Shown here piece after piece: positions 18,099 through 25,929 of a stretch of DNA of 64,000 nucleotides. Source of the DNA: a virus. Every line of letters begins with the position of its first letter. The first letter of the stretch is position 1. The stretch lies in IMG/VR virus record IMGVR_UViG_3300033076_000783. One strand, written 5' to 3'. The position numbers and the translations under genes are program-made. The notes under the pieces were generated by a model. That model saw only the letters and a program-made list of their open reading frames with translations. It was not told the origin of the DNA and did no database searches.

Positions 18099-18503
18099 AT
18101 GGCAAATCCTTTAATACATTCAAAATCGTCTGTTAAAAGATGGGGTGGTAAGGTAGAAGATTATCTACCAATACACGAACTGATTGATAGCCCAAAGGCT
18201 ACAATGAATAATAATTCTGCGAGATTGATGACACACAATACTTGGTTCGCATATACTATTGTACCGAAGATATTTGGTTACAACATTACTAATAGTGATG
18301 GTAAAAGTGTAGACACGACAGATATTGCGATGTTACATATTGCGGAAGATTTTAGAATGAAGTTCGTTCCAACACCACAGGATTACTTGAAACATTTACA
18401 AGTACAACCCTGGATGAATAATGGAGTAAAGGAACTTGATACCGAAGAAGGAAAACTTATTGTAAAACAATTAAACGAAAAATTACATTATGAGCAAGTC
18501 TAA
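18099..18503 (+). CDS. hypothetical protein
   Basis: 134-aa ORF. Confidence 0.45.
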   Translation: MANPLIHSKSSVKRWGGKVEDYLPIHELIDSPKATMNNNSARLMTHNTWFAYTIVPKIFGYNITNSDGKSVDTTDIAMLHIAEDFRMKFVPTPQDYLKHLQVQPWMNNGVKELDTEEGKLIVKQLNEKLHYEQV

Positions 18504-19146
18504 TATAATCCAATTATGGAAAGAAAATAATGTTAGAGATGTTGTATTAACATTCTCTGCGGGTGGCGACTCTATGGGTGATATGGAGTGGGCAATCTAT
18601 AACAAAGACAATGAAACTATTGATTGTCAAGAGTTGGAAGTTTATTTTGAGAGTGAGGTATTCAAAGAGGTAGAGTTCTACGAAGTATCTGATGGTCAGT
18701 ATATGGGTGAGTTTGGTGAGGTAACGATTACACTTGAAGAAGATGAGGACGAAGAAGATGGTGGTATTTTTGTGTATGACAAAGAATCTCAATCGGAGTA
18801 TGAAGAAAGTTTCTTTGAAACCGCCACTTTGGAATTGTCTGATACTGAACTTGTATTACTTGAAACCAAAATTGACAATATCAATGGTGGTGGTTGGGAT
18901 AATGAGGGTAACATAAATTACAAAGATGATTGTGTTATTACCGACGAGGAAGATGAAGTATTACAATCATTGGTAGAAAAGATTAAATCCGTTGCCGACA
19001 ATCACGAGTTTGAATTTGCTGAGGGTGATGAACAAGATGAAAGTCGTACTTATGATACTGGTGATAATGGTGAGGGTTGTGAGATTGATGGTAACGTATT
19101 ACAAATACAAGTTTCCGCAAGGTTCTATATTGTTAAATCCGAATAA
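18490..19146 (+). CDS. hypothetical highly acidic protein (DNA-mimic candidate)
   Basis: 218 aa with long D/E runs (EEDEDEEDGG, TDEEDEV, AEGDEQDESRTYDTGDNGEG). Confidence 0.5.
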   Translation: MSKSNIIQLWKENNVRDVVLTFSAGGDSMGDMEWAIYNKDNETIDCQELEVYFESEVFKEVEFYEVSDGQYMGEFGEVTITLEEDEDEEDGGIFVYDKESQSEYEESFFETATLELSDTELVLLETKIDNINGGGWDNEGNINYKDDCVITDEEDEVLQSLVEKIKSVADNHEFEFAEGDEQDESRTYDTGDNGEGCEIDGNVLQIQVSARFYIVKSE

Positions 19147-19156
19147 ATAAAAGAAA

Positions 19157-19846
19157 ATGAAAATCATAATCAATAATACTGAATTTGAATACAACATTGG
19201 TTGTAAAATTATTAAAGCGAGAGATGGTGAAGATTGTCCTAAATGGTTTAATCAACCAGATATTTGGGACGACATTGAACCGATAACTTTCAAAGACATC
19301 GCAACACAGATTACTAATCTTGAACAAAGAAGAATTGCGATAAACGCATTGGGTTTAGAAAACTTGGTGAAGGAAGTTAATCCAAAAATGATTGGCTCAG
19401 AAACAATCAGTAAGACCACTACGTTTGTTACACCAGAAGGTGAGTTGGTTACACATAACTTTAACGACACTTATAATTTATTTCAAGTTAGTGCCGAATC
19501 ACTTGGATTACAGAATAGTTGGAATAACACGAACTACTACTACATTCAATGTAAAGACACATCAACGGATAGAGAGTATTTGATTTGGGTAGATGCGTTT
19601 GAAGTGTATAGAACTAATGATGAAAATGTGAGATGGCGTTCAAGTTCTGAAAACTATGGTGAGAAGATAAATCCTATTCAGGCGATTGCTTGGACTTTCC
19701 AAACGACTATTGAGAAAGGTGGTATTGAAAAGATTGTGAGGCAAGGTGATTGTATTCTACTTAAAAAGAATAGTACCGCTAAAATCGGAAGTCAAAGACA
19801 CCTTACTGAAAAAGAGTATAGAGAGTTATTGGTATTAGAAAGTTAA
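19157..19846 (+). CDS. hypothetical protein
   Basis: 229-aa ORF. Confidence 0.5.
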   Translation: MKIIINNTEFEYNIGCKIIKARDGEDCPKWFNQPDIWDDIEPITFKDIATQITNLEQRRIAINALGLENLVKEVNPKMIGSETISKTTTFVTPEGELVTHNFNDTYNLFQVSAESLGLQNSWNNTNYYYIQCKDTSTDREYLIWVDAFEVYRTNDENVRWRSSSENYGEKINPIQAIAWTFQTTIEKGGIEKIVRQGDCILLKKNSTAKIGSQRHLTEKEYRELLVLES

Positions 19847-19869
19847 TAGTGTGTTTTGTTCCCCTAAAG

Positions 19870-19896
19870 CCCTATCAGAAATGATAGGGTTTTTTT
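19870..19896 (+). terminator. Intrinsic terminator
   Basis: CCCTATCagaaatGATAGGG+TTTTTTT. Confidence 0.6.
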
Positions 19897-19928
19897 ATGT
19901 CCACAGATTTCCCGTCTTCTAGAATCTG

Positions 19929-20075
19929 AAATATGAATGGCTCAGGCCGTTCATTTTCACACAGCATGATCTGCGCATGATCTGCTAAAAATTGCGCAGA
20001 TCTTCGCGCTGATCACAGGGACGATTATGACTGGCTCGAGGCCGTTCATTATGTTCCGACGCCGGCAGATCAGAT
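19929..20075. repeat. Intergenic palindrome family, compound copy M (two cores around a GATCTGCGCA...TGCGCAGATC palindrome)
   Basis: CTGAAATATGAATGGCTCAGGCCGTTCATTTTC, then CATGATCTGCGCATGATCTGC...GCGCAGATCTTCGCGCTGATCAC, then GATTATGACTGGCTCGAGGCCGTTCATTATG. Confidence 0.75.
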
Positions 20076-20168
20076 CATGAAAAAATATTTTAAAAAAAGT
20101 TTAAAAAATATTTGGTAAAATGATATAAGTGTTATATCTTTGTATCGAACAAATAAAATAACACTATT

Positions 20169-20927
20169 ATGATTTACACAAACAAAGCAACCGCAAAAAG
20201 ATTAACAGGTATTAACTACTTAGGATCCGTTAATCTAACGACCAAACATCAGAAGGCGTACAAGTACGATGAGTTAACCTACAGTTTGTACCTGGCACCT
20301 GCAAAAATGAGTGGCTACGAAGTTTGTCCCATGAGAACAAAAGAATGTACAAAGTTATGTTTGAATGAATCGGGGATGAACACCATGAACATGAACGGTG
20401 ACAAAATTAATCAGTCACGTATAAAGAAAACTAAATTGTTTTTCGAACACCGTGAATTCTTTGTCAATTGGTTAATCGATGAAATTTATTCAGCTAAACT
20501 TAAGGCAGAAAAATTAGGATACCAATTCAGTGTTCGTCTGAATAATACATCAGATATTCCCCCGACATTATTTAGTGTGAACTATAAAGGAGAACAAAGA
20601 AACATCCTTGAAATATTTCCAATGGTTCAATTCTACGATTACACAAAAGTGTATAACAGAATCGAGTTAACAAAGAAGTATAAAAACTACGATTTAACAT
20701 TTAGTTACAGTGGCGAGAACTTAGACCATTGCCACCAAGCATTGAATAACAATGTGAGAGTTGCCGTTGTATTCAAGAAACTACCTACAGAGTTTTGGGG
20801 TCGTAAAGTTATCGATGGTGATGCATATGACATGAGATACAAAGATGATAAGGATGTTATTGTAGGTTTGAAGTTCAAACGTGTGAGAAACAAATTAGCA
20901 AGTACAAGTAAGTTTGTAATACAGTAA
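20169..20927 (+). CDS. hypothetical protein
   Basis: 252-aa ORF after a TTTGG...TATCTTTG promoter. Confidence 0.5.
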   Translation: MIYTNKATAKRLTGINYLGSVNLTTKHQKAYKYDELTYSLYLAPAKMSGYEVCPMRTKECTKLCLNESGMNTMNMNGDKINQSRIKKTKLFFEHREFFVNWLIDEIYSAKLKAEKLGYQFSVRLNNTSDIPPTLFSVNYKGEQRNILEIFPMVQFYDYTKVYNRIELTKKYKNYDLTFSYSGENLDHCHQALNNNVRVAVVFKKLPTEFWGRKVIDGDAYDMRYKDDKDVIVGLKFKRVRNKLASTSKFVIQ

Positions 20928-20928
20928 G

Positions 20929-21000
20929 ATCACGGGACGGTCACGAATATGACCGGCTCATGTATTACGGGCCGGTCATTTTTAACAGTGTGATCAGATC
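20929..21000. repeat. Intergenic palindrome family, variant copy N (ATGACCGGC core)
   Basis: GATCACGGGACGGTCACGAATATGACCGGCTCatgtattacGGGCCGGTCATTTTTAACAGTGTGATC; a near-perfect 70-bp palindrome. Confidence 0.7.
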
Positions 21001-21079
21001 CCTGAAAAAAATAAAAAAACTTTGAGAAAAATTTGGTGGAAGAATATAAATGTTATATCTTTGTACTGAACAAAACTTA

Positions 21080-21103
21080 AAAACGGGGACAGGTAACTGA
21101 ACA
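21080..21103 (+). promoter_or_regulatory. Conserved 24-nt 5'-leader element AAAACGGGGACAGGTAACTGAACA (copy 2)
   Basis: Identical to 15195-15218. Confidence 0.5.
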
Positions 21104-21112
21104 CTAAACACT

Positions 21113-21661
21113 ATGGGACTAGATATGTATTTGTCTAAAAAGACGTATGTTAAACGTTGGTCACACCAACAAAAGAAAGACCAATTTACTGTAACAGTTA
21201 AAAGAGGGTCAAAGAAGTTTGATAAGATTAACCCTGAACGTGTGTCATACATTGTTGAGGAAGTTATGTATTGGAGAAAGGCGAATCAAATTCATGGTTG
21301 GTTCGTGGATAACACAGAGGAAATCTCGGATAACGTGAAGTACTATGTTACTCATGAAGATTTGGTTAACTTGGTTGACACGTGTAAGAAGGTGGTCGAA
21401 ATTCTAAACAACACTCCTACTAAAAAGAAACAGGTGTGTGTGGGTTGGAAGAATGGTGAGGAGTGGTACGAGGATATAGATGTGTATGACAACGTGGATG
21501 AGGTTATGAAAATACTTCCTCCTACACGTGGATGTTTCTTTGGTTCGGATGAAATTGATAAATGGTACAAGGAAGAACTTGAAAACACTATCGAAGTTCT
21601 AACAAAGGAACTTGAAATTAGTGACAAGTACGATGAGTACGAGTACTACGCCTCATGGTAA
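21113..21661 (+). CDS. hypothetical protein
   Basis: 182-aa ORF. Confidence 0.5.
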   Translation: MGLDMYLSKKTYVKRWSHQQKKDQFTVTVKRGSKKFDKINPERVSYIVEEVMYWRKANQIHGWFVDNTEEISDNVKYYVTHEDLVNLVDTCKKVVEILNNTPTKKKQVCVGWKNGEEWYEDIDVYDNVDEVMKILPPTRGCFFGSDEIDKWYKEELENTIEVLTKELEISDKYDEYEYYASW

Positions 21662-21666
21662 ATCAT

Positions 21667-21691
21667 ATGGGGGAGAAATCCCCCAATTTTT
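21667..21691 (+). terminator. Intrinsic terminator
   Basis: GGGGGAgaaaTCCCCC+AATTTTT. Confidence 0.55.
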
Positions 21692-21705
21692 AAACTTCAA
21701 AATTA

Positions 21706-22005
21706 ATGATCATGGAATCAAGATTATCACTGGCCTTTAAGGACCTTAGAAAACATGGATATTTCGCTCGTCAAAACTTTATGTGTTGTCAATCATGTGG
21801 ATGGGCGGCTGTACCCGAGGGTAAAGAAGAAAAAGTAGTATTCTTTCACAATCAGGATAACGAAGAAAGAAAGAGAGGGTTACCACTTTATTTAGCGTGG
21901 AGTGGAGATGGTGAGATTATTAAATCTGTCTTTGAACACCACGGAATAGATGTGGAGTGGAATGGTAGTGAGTCCACAAGAATACGAGTATCGAATTATG
22001 TATAA
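21706..22005 (+). CDS. hypothetical protein
   Basis: 99-aa ORF with Cys cluster (CCQSCGW). Confidence 0.4.
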   Translation: MIMESRLSLAFKDLRKHGYFARQNFMCCQSCGWAAVPEGKEEKVVFFHNQDNEERKRGLPLYLAWSGDGEIIKSVFEHHGIDVEWNGSESTRIRVSNYV

Positions 22006-22061
22006 AATAATAACAGGGATATCGTTTGGTAAAATGGTATCCTTGTTTTAACTTTGCAAAA

Positions 22062-22448
22062 ATGAAGAGCATTAAAGTTAGATTCAATCTTGGGAGAGGT
22101 AAGAACTATATGAAGTGGAAGGTTATGTATCCTGACAAACCATCCGAGTACTTGGACCCGAGTCAGGTTCAATTGGTTATGACCGACTGTAGACTCAGGA
22201 ACAACAGGAGGACCGCAGAGAAGATTATGAGTGGCCAACACAAGACAGTGTGTGCGTGGGTTCTTTGTGAATCGATAGAATTAAAAACAGATGCGTATTA
22301 CACGGTCGACGATATGGTACCTCTGAAGTATAATCCAAGAGTTACCCCCAATTGGGTGTATGAAGGAACTCGTGGTCCCATGAATGTGGACAACATATAC
22401 TTCAGGTCAGTGGTATCTGATGGAAAGAAATTATTTTGTAAATTATAA
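22062..22448 (+). CDS. hypothetical protein
   Basis: Start adjusted to MKSIKV, downstream of the TTTGG...TAACTTTG promoter at about 22024-22058. Confidence 0.45.
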   Translation: MKSIKVRFNLGRGKNYMKWKVMYPDKPSEYLDPSQVQLVMTDCRLRNNRRTAEKIMSGQHKTVCAWVLCESIELKTDAYYTVDDMVPLKYNPRVTPNWVYEGTRGPMNVDNIYFRSVVSDGKKLFCKL

Positions 22449-22461
22449 AAACCAAATAAAC

Positions 22462-22944
22462 ATGGGTAGAGTGAACAAGTTGACAGAAGGGGTATTCACG
22501 GAGTTAGTGGGTACATCAACACAAATCAGTAAGTATGATGAATTCATCAACAACATCGGTGCGAAACCATCTAAGGAGTTGAAGTCTCTGAAGACGTCAT
22601 ATGTGGATGTAATCAACAAGAATAAGGAGATGTTCCGCAAATTAGCAATGACAGAGGAGGTGATCATGCAGATCAGATCAAGGGACGAGATTATGACCGG
22701 CTCAACTGATGATATCAAATTGTCATTGGTGCGTGAATATCTCTACGCACGTTTCCCGTTCTATAGAAAAGGGATGACCACTAAGGACATCAGGGTGATT
22801 GTGGACAAGTCAGAATTCTGGGGTGAGGATTTAAATATCCTAATCAAGAACAAGGACTTCATGACAAAGGCGAAAGAGAAGTTGTCTCAGGCGATGAGTG
22901 TGGAGATTAACAACAATCTACACGAACTCAAGAAGATCGGATGA
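22462..22944 (+). CDS. hypothetical protein
   Basis: Start adjusted to the internal MGRVNKL to avoid a 65-nt overlap. Confidence 0.45.
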   Translation: MGRVNKLTEGVFTELVGTSTQISKYDEFINNIGAKPSKELKSLKTSYVDVINKNKEMFRKLAMTEEVIMQIRSRDEIMTGSTDDIKLSLVREYLYARFPFYRKGMTTKDIRVIVDKSEFWGEDLNILIKNKDFMTKAKEKLSQAMSVEINNNLHELKKIG

Positions 22945-23032
22945 TCTACCTGTCGTGATTATGACTGGCCTTAAAAAAAATATCTCAAAAAAAATTTGGT
23001 ATATTCCAAAAAATCATTAAATTTACATCGTT

Positions 23033-23338
23033 ATGAGTTTAAGTAAGGAAGTATTGAGATTACGTGACACACTTCACTGTAATATTGTTCAGGAGGCAAC
23101 AGTTAGAAATTGTCTTAATGAAAAGGAATCAGGTGTTTTAAATCTGTTTGAACCCATAGAACTTCGTAACCACATTGTCGACGGTGTATGTTGTAATACA
23201 GGTTTATTACTATACGGTGAGGATAAGATAATTCCTTACAGGTTATTAACGTTGGAGGACCTCGCTGTAATACACAGACAGGTGGTGGAGTTGAAGTCAT
23301 ATGAAGTAGTCATCGATAAAACCCCACAATATGCATAA
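23033..23338 (+). CDS. hypothetical protein
   Basis: 101-aa ORF. Confidence 0.4.
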   Translation: MSLSKEVLRLRDTLHCNIVQEATVRNCLNEKESGVLNLFEPIELRNHIVDGVCCNTGLLLYGEDKIIPYRLLTLEDLAVIHRQVVELKSYEVVIDKTPQYA

Positions 23339-23522
23339 CGATTTATATATTAAGATTTGGGCCTCACAGAAGATTAGTGAGCTTGCCAGGGAATTCGAGG
23401 TGTGTAATACACTCAAGGAATCCTACATCATTGAAGGTAAGGTACAGCTCCTCCACCAAATGTTGGATGAGTTCGAACTTAACAAAGTAAAAGACGATAG
23501 TGTAATCCATAAAGATTTCTAA
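23331..23522 (+). CDS. hypothetical protein
   Basis: 63-aa ORF. Confidence 0.35.
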   Translation: MHNDLYIKIWASQKISELAREFEVCNTLKESYIIEGKVQLLHQMLDEFELNKVKDDSVIHKDF

Positions 23523-23523
23523 T

Positions 23524-24099
23524 ATGAATATCATCCATCTACAGAAAGAGGTAATGGTCAGTGACCCAACCTACAGCGAACCTACGTGGTGTCAAATCAA
23601 ATTGAAGACAGTTAAACCAGGTGAATACTATTCATTCTGTAAAACCCACGACACGGGTTTTGCTGGTGTGAGGAATTCAATGTTATTAGTTGTCCATAAG
23701 GACCATATCAATGACGTCCTACAGTGGAAGAAACATCAGGGTGAAGTGGGTGTTGACTCGGGTCAAGCAGGAATCTTTTCCTATGAGACCTACAGGAAGG
23801 ATGGATTGGAGATGGAAGTTCCGACGATCGGATACGACGGTAGGAATTTTGACTGGCTCGATTTACCTGGTGAAGTTATGCCAGGTGATGATTGGTACAA
23901 GAAGATGTGTAAGTTCACTTTAGCTGAATTGTCATATGGATCATATGATAATGGTATTGTATGTAGAAGTGGATTCGGGGACGGTGGATATGAACTATTC
24001 ACGGCGTCTAAGAGTAGAAAGATCATTGCAATGGCCATTGACTTCGGTGTGGAGGATGGACCATATATTGAATTTGACTGGTATAAAGAATTAGTATAA
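23524..24099 (+). CDS. hypothetical protein
   Basis: 191-aa ORF. Confidence 0.5.
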   Translation: MNIIHLQKEVMVSDPTYSEPTWCQIKLKTVKPGEYYSFCKTHDTGFAGVRNSMLLVVHKDHINDVLQWKKHQGEVGVDSGQAGIFSYETYRKDGLEMEVPTIGYDGRNFDWLDLPGEVMPGDDWYKKMCKFTLAELSYGSYDNGIVCRSGFGDGGYELFTASKSRKIIAMAIDFGVEDGPYIEFDWYKELV

Positions 24100-24134
24100 A
24101 CTTCAGGGTCCGATCATGATCACACTGTAGAATT

Positions 24135-24344
24135 ATGACCGGCCCATTAACCTTCACAGATCCTATGAAAAAATTATTAAAGAACCTCGAGTACTATTGG
24201 GACTACGTCGTAGTATATCTCATGTGTAATCCTCATTATCTCCACAGGTACCATCTATGGATGTACAAGAAGTGGGGTGAAAGATACTGCACCAAGGAAG
24301 ATCTTATGAATCACATCGAGTCTGATCAGGATCCTGAATTATGA
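24135..24344 (+). CDS. hypothetical small protein whose start and stop codons lie inside palindrome-repeat cores
   Basis: ATG is within ATTATGACCGGCCC (24128-24151). Stop TGA is within AATTATGAGTGGCCC (24336-). Confidence 0.3.
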   Translation: MTGPLTFTDPMKKLLKNLEYYWDYVVVYLMCNPHYLHRYHLWMYKKWGERYCTKEDLMNHIESDQDPEL

Positions 24345-24404
24345 GTGGCCCACACTCACCTTCGCAGATCACCTGAACCGATTATGACCGGCCCATTACT
24401 AACA
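24336..24404. repeat. Intergenic palindrome family, two tandem half-copies
   Basis: TGAATTATGAGTGGCCCAC...CGATTATGACCGGCCCATTACTAAC. Confidence 0.55.
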
Positions 24405-24420
24405 TTTAAAACATGACCAC

Positions 24421-24840
24421 ATGTATATACAAACATTGAAACCGTCCCAATGGACAAACCTTGGATATCTTATAGTAGGTATTGTCTTATCACCATTAGC
24501 GGGGGTATCCTTATTAATCCCAATATGGAAATACATAGAGACCTACTGTACCAAGTACGAATTCTACGAGGACCGAATAATATACCGAAGAGGAGTCTTC
24601 AGAGTAGTAACCGACGAGATCCTATTATACAGGGTAAAGGCAATCAACTTAGACGAACCCTTCCTATACAGATTGGTAAGTATTGCCAACATGAACCTAA
24701 TCACCTCAGACAGGTTCGTGGGTAGTATCACCCTAAAGGCCATACCCGTGGGAATAGAATTCAGAAACATCCTAAGGGAGATGGTAGAACACAACCGTAA
24801 TATCAAAGGTGTCAAGGAATTCGACCTATATGATCTGTAG
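24421..24840 (+). CDS. bPH_2 (bacterial PH-like, YdbS/YdbT-type) membrane protein
   Basis: Two N-terminal hydrophobic helices followed by YEDRIIYRRGVFRVVTDEILLYRVKAINLDEPFLYRL, typical of bPH_2. Confidence 0.45.
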   Translation: MYIQTLKPSQWTNLGYLIVGIVLSPLAGVSLLIPIWKYIETYCTKYEFYEDRIIYRRGVFRVVTDEILLYRVKAINLDEPFLYRLVSIANMNLITSDRFVGSITLKAIPVGIEFRNILREMVEHNRNIKGVKEFDLYDL

Positions 24841-24842
24841 TT

Positions 24843-24870
24843 CAATTATGAACGGCCTGTGTATTACACC
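24843..24870. repeat. Intergenic palindrome family, half-copy with GTATTAC
   Basis: TTCAATTATGAACGGCCtgtgtattacacc. Confidence 0.5.
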
Positions 24871-24950
24871 AAAAAATATTTTACGTCAGATTTTTTTTTA
24901 CGGAAGATAAAGGTTATATTTTAATATAAACTTAATAAATAATAAAAATT

Positions 24951-25142
24951 ATGGCAACAAAAACAAACTCAGGTTACACCAACCTTGGTAACAACATCTA
25001 CCAAGTGTCAACAGGTGTAGGTAATCGTTACCGTGTACGTGTATCGATTAATGGAACTCGTTACGATGAGTACTTCACAAGTAAGACTAAGGCTATGAAG
25101 TTCCGTAAAGAACTTTACAACCGTCGTAAGGCAACAGTTTAA
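24951..25142 (+). CDS. small AP2/integrase-type DNA-binding-domain-like protein
   Basis: YRVRVSINGTRYDEYFTSKTKAMKFRKEL resembles the AP2/Arm DNA-binding fold; 63 aa. Confidence 0.3.
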   Translation: MATKTNSGYTNLGNNIYQVSTGVGNRYRVRVSINGTRYDEYFTSKTKAMKFRKELYNRRKATV

Positions 25143-25929
25143 TATACCGTTGTTTTCCACAACATTAAGGTCCGGACCAGTAAGGGGGTTCGGACCTTTT
25201 TTGTTTAACCCTTACGTGTATTACTTAAACAAACCTAATCATTAAAGACCGGCTTCGGGCCAGTCTTATTTGTATTACGAATAGTTGTTACAACAACTAA
25301 ATTATGACCGGCCCATTTACTCTATTACGGGCCTCCCCTATCGGGTCGGCCCTTCATCCCGTATTACATCCCATATGTATAACATCCTATTGCGGGGGAC
25401 CTTCGGTCCCCCTTCATCCCGTATGTATGACACCGTATATGTAAGACATAAATAGGATTATTCTAAGGGACCTTAAAAAAATCCCTAAGGGTTTTTCTAA
25501 AAACCATAGTACTATTTCTAGAACACCCTGAAGGGCCGAACGAAGTGAGGCCCGTATAATGAAATAACTAATATATATGTATATAATATAAATGTATTAC
25601 ATGTATACTGTATGACATTATAATGATATAATCTGGATATTTTTTAAAACTAAGTCGTGATTCAGACAAGGGACAATCCCCCACTAATTAACACTTTCTC
25701 CCACTTTGTTTCAAAAATATGGCTGGTGTATATTAGAACGGGAATTTTGACTTGATCTGACAAAAAGTCTATATATAAAATGATCACGATAAAATATGTC
25801 AAAAAGACATACTAATTTTATGGTGTTTTTAGGGTTAAAAACGGGAATAAATTAGGGGTGTTTTTGTGGGTAATCTGGTACCCAATAGAGTATACGGGCC
25901 TCCCTTCGGTCGGCCCTTCAGGGGAGAAT
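25143..25929. other. 790-bp noncoding island between convergent gene blocks, with UUCG-loop GC hairpins and iterated CCTTCATCCCGTAT / GTATTAC motifs
   Basis: GGGGGACCttcgGTCCCCC (perfect hairpin). GGGCCTCCCttcggTCGGCCC and GGGCCTCCCctatcGGGTCGGCCC. CCCTTCATCCCGTAT twice. AT-rich TGTAT/ATACA mirror repeats. No ORF of 60 aa or more. Confidence 0.6.
25169..25202 (+). terminator. Intrinsic terminator
   Basis: GGTCCGgaccagtaagggggttCGGACC+TTTTTT. Confidence 0.55.

Noticed and set aside
23690-24038. ORFs 23690-23923(+) and 23790-24038(-)
   Set aside because: They are nested within, or antisense to, the coherent 23524-24099 CDS.
8940-25340. Regularly spaced repeats separated by unique sequence, considered as a CRISPR array
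   Set aside because: The repeats are imperfect palindromes of variable length (25-130 bp). The spacers are 300-1000 bp, each containing a promoter, a complete ORF and a terminator. No cas genes are present. This is not a CRISPR architecture.
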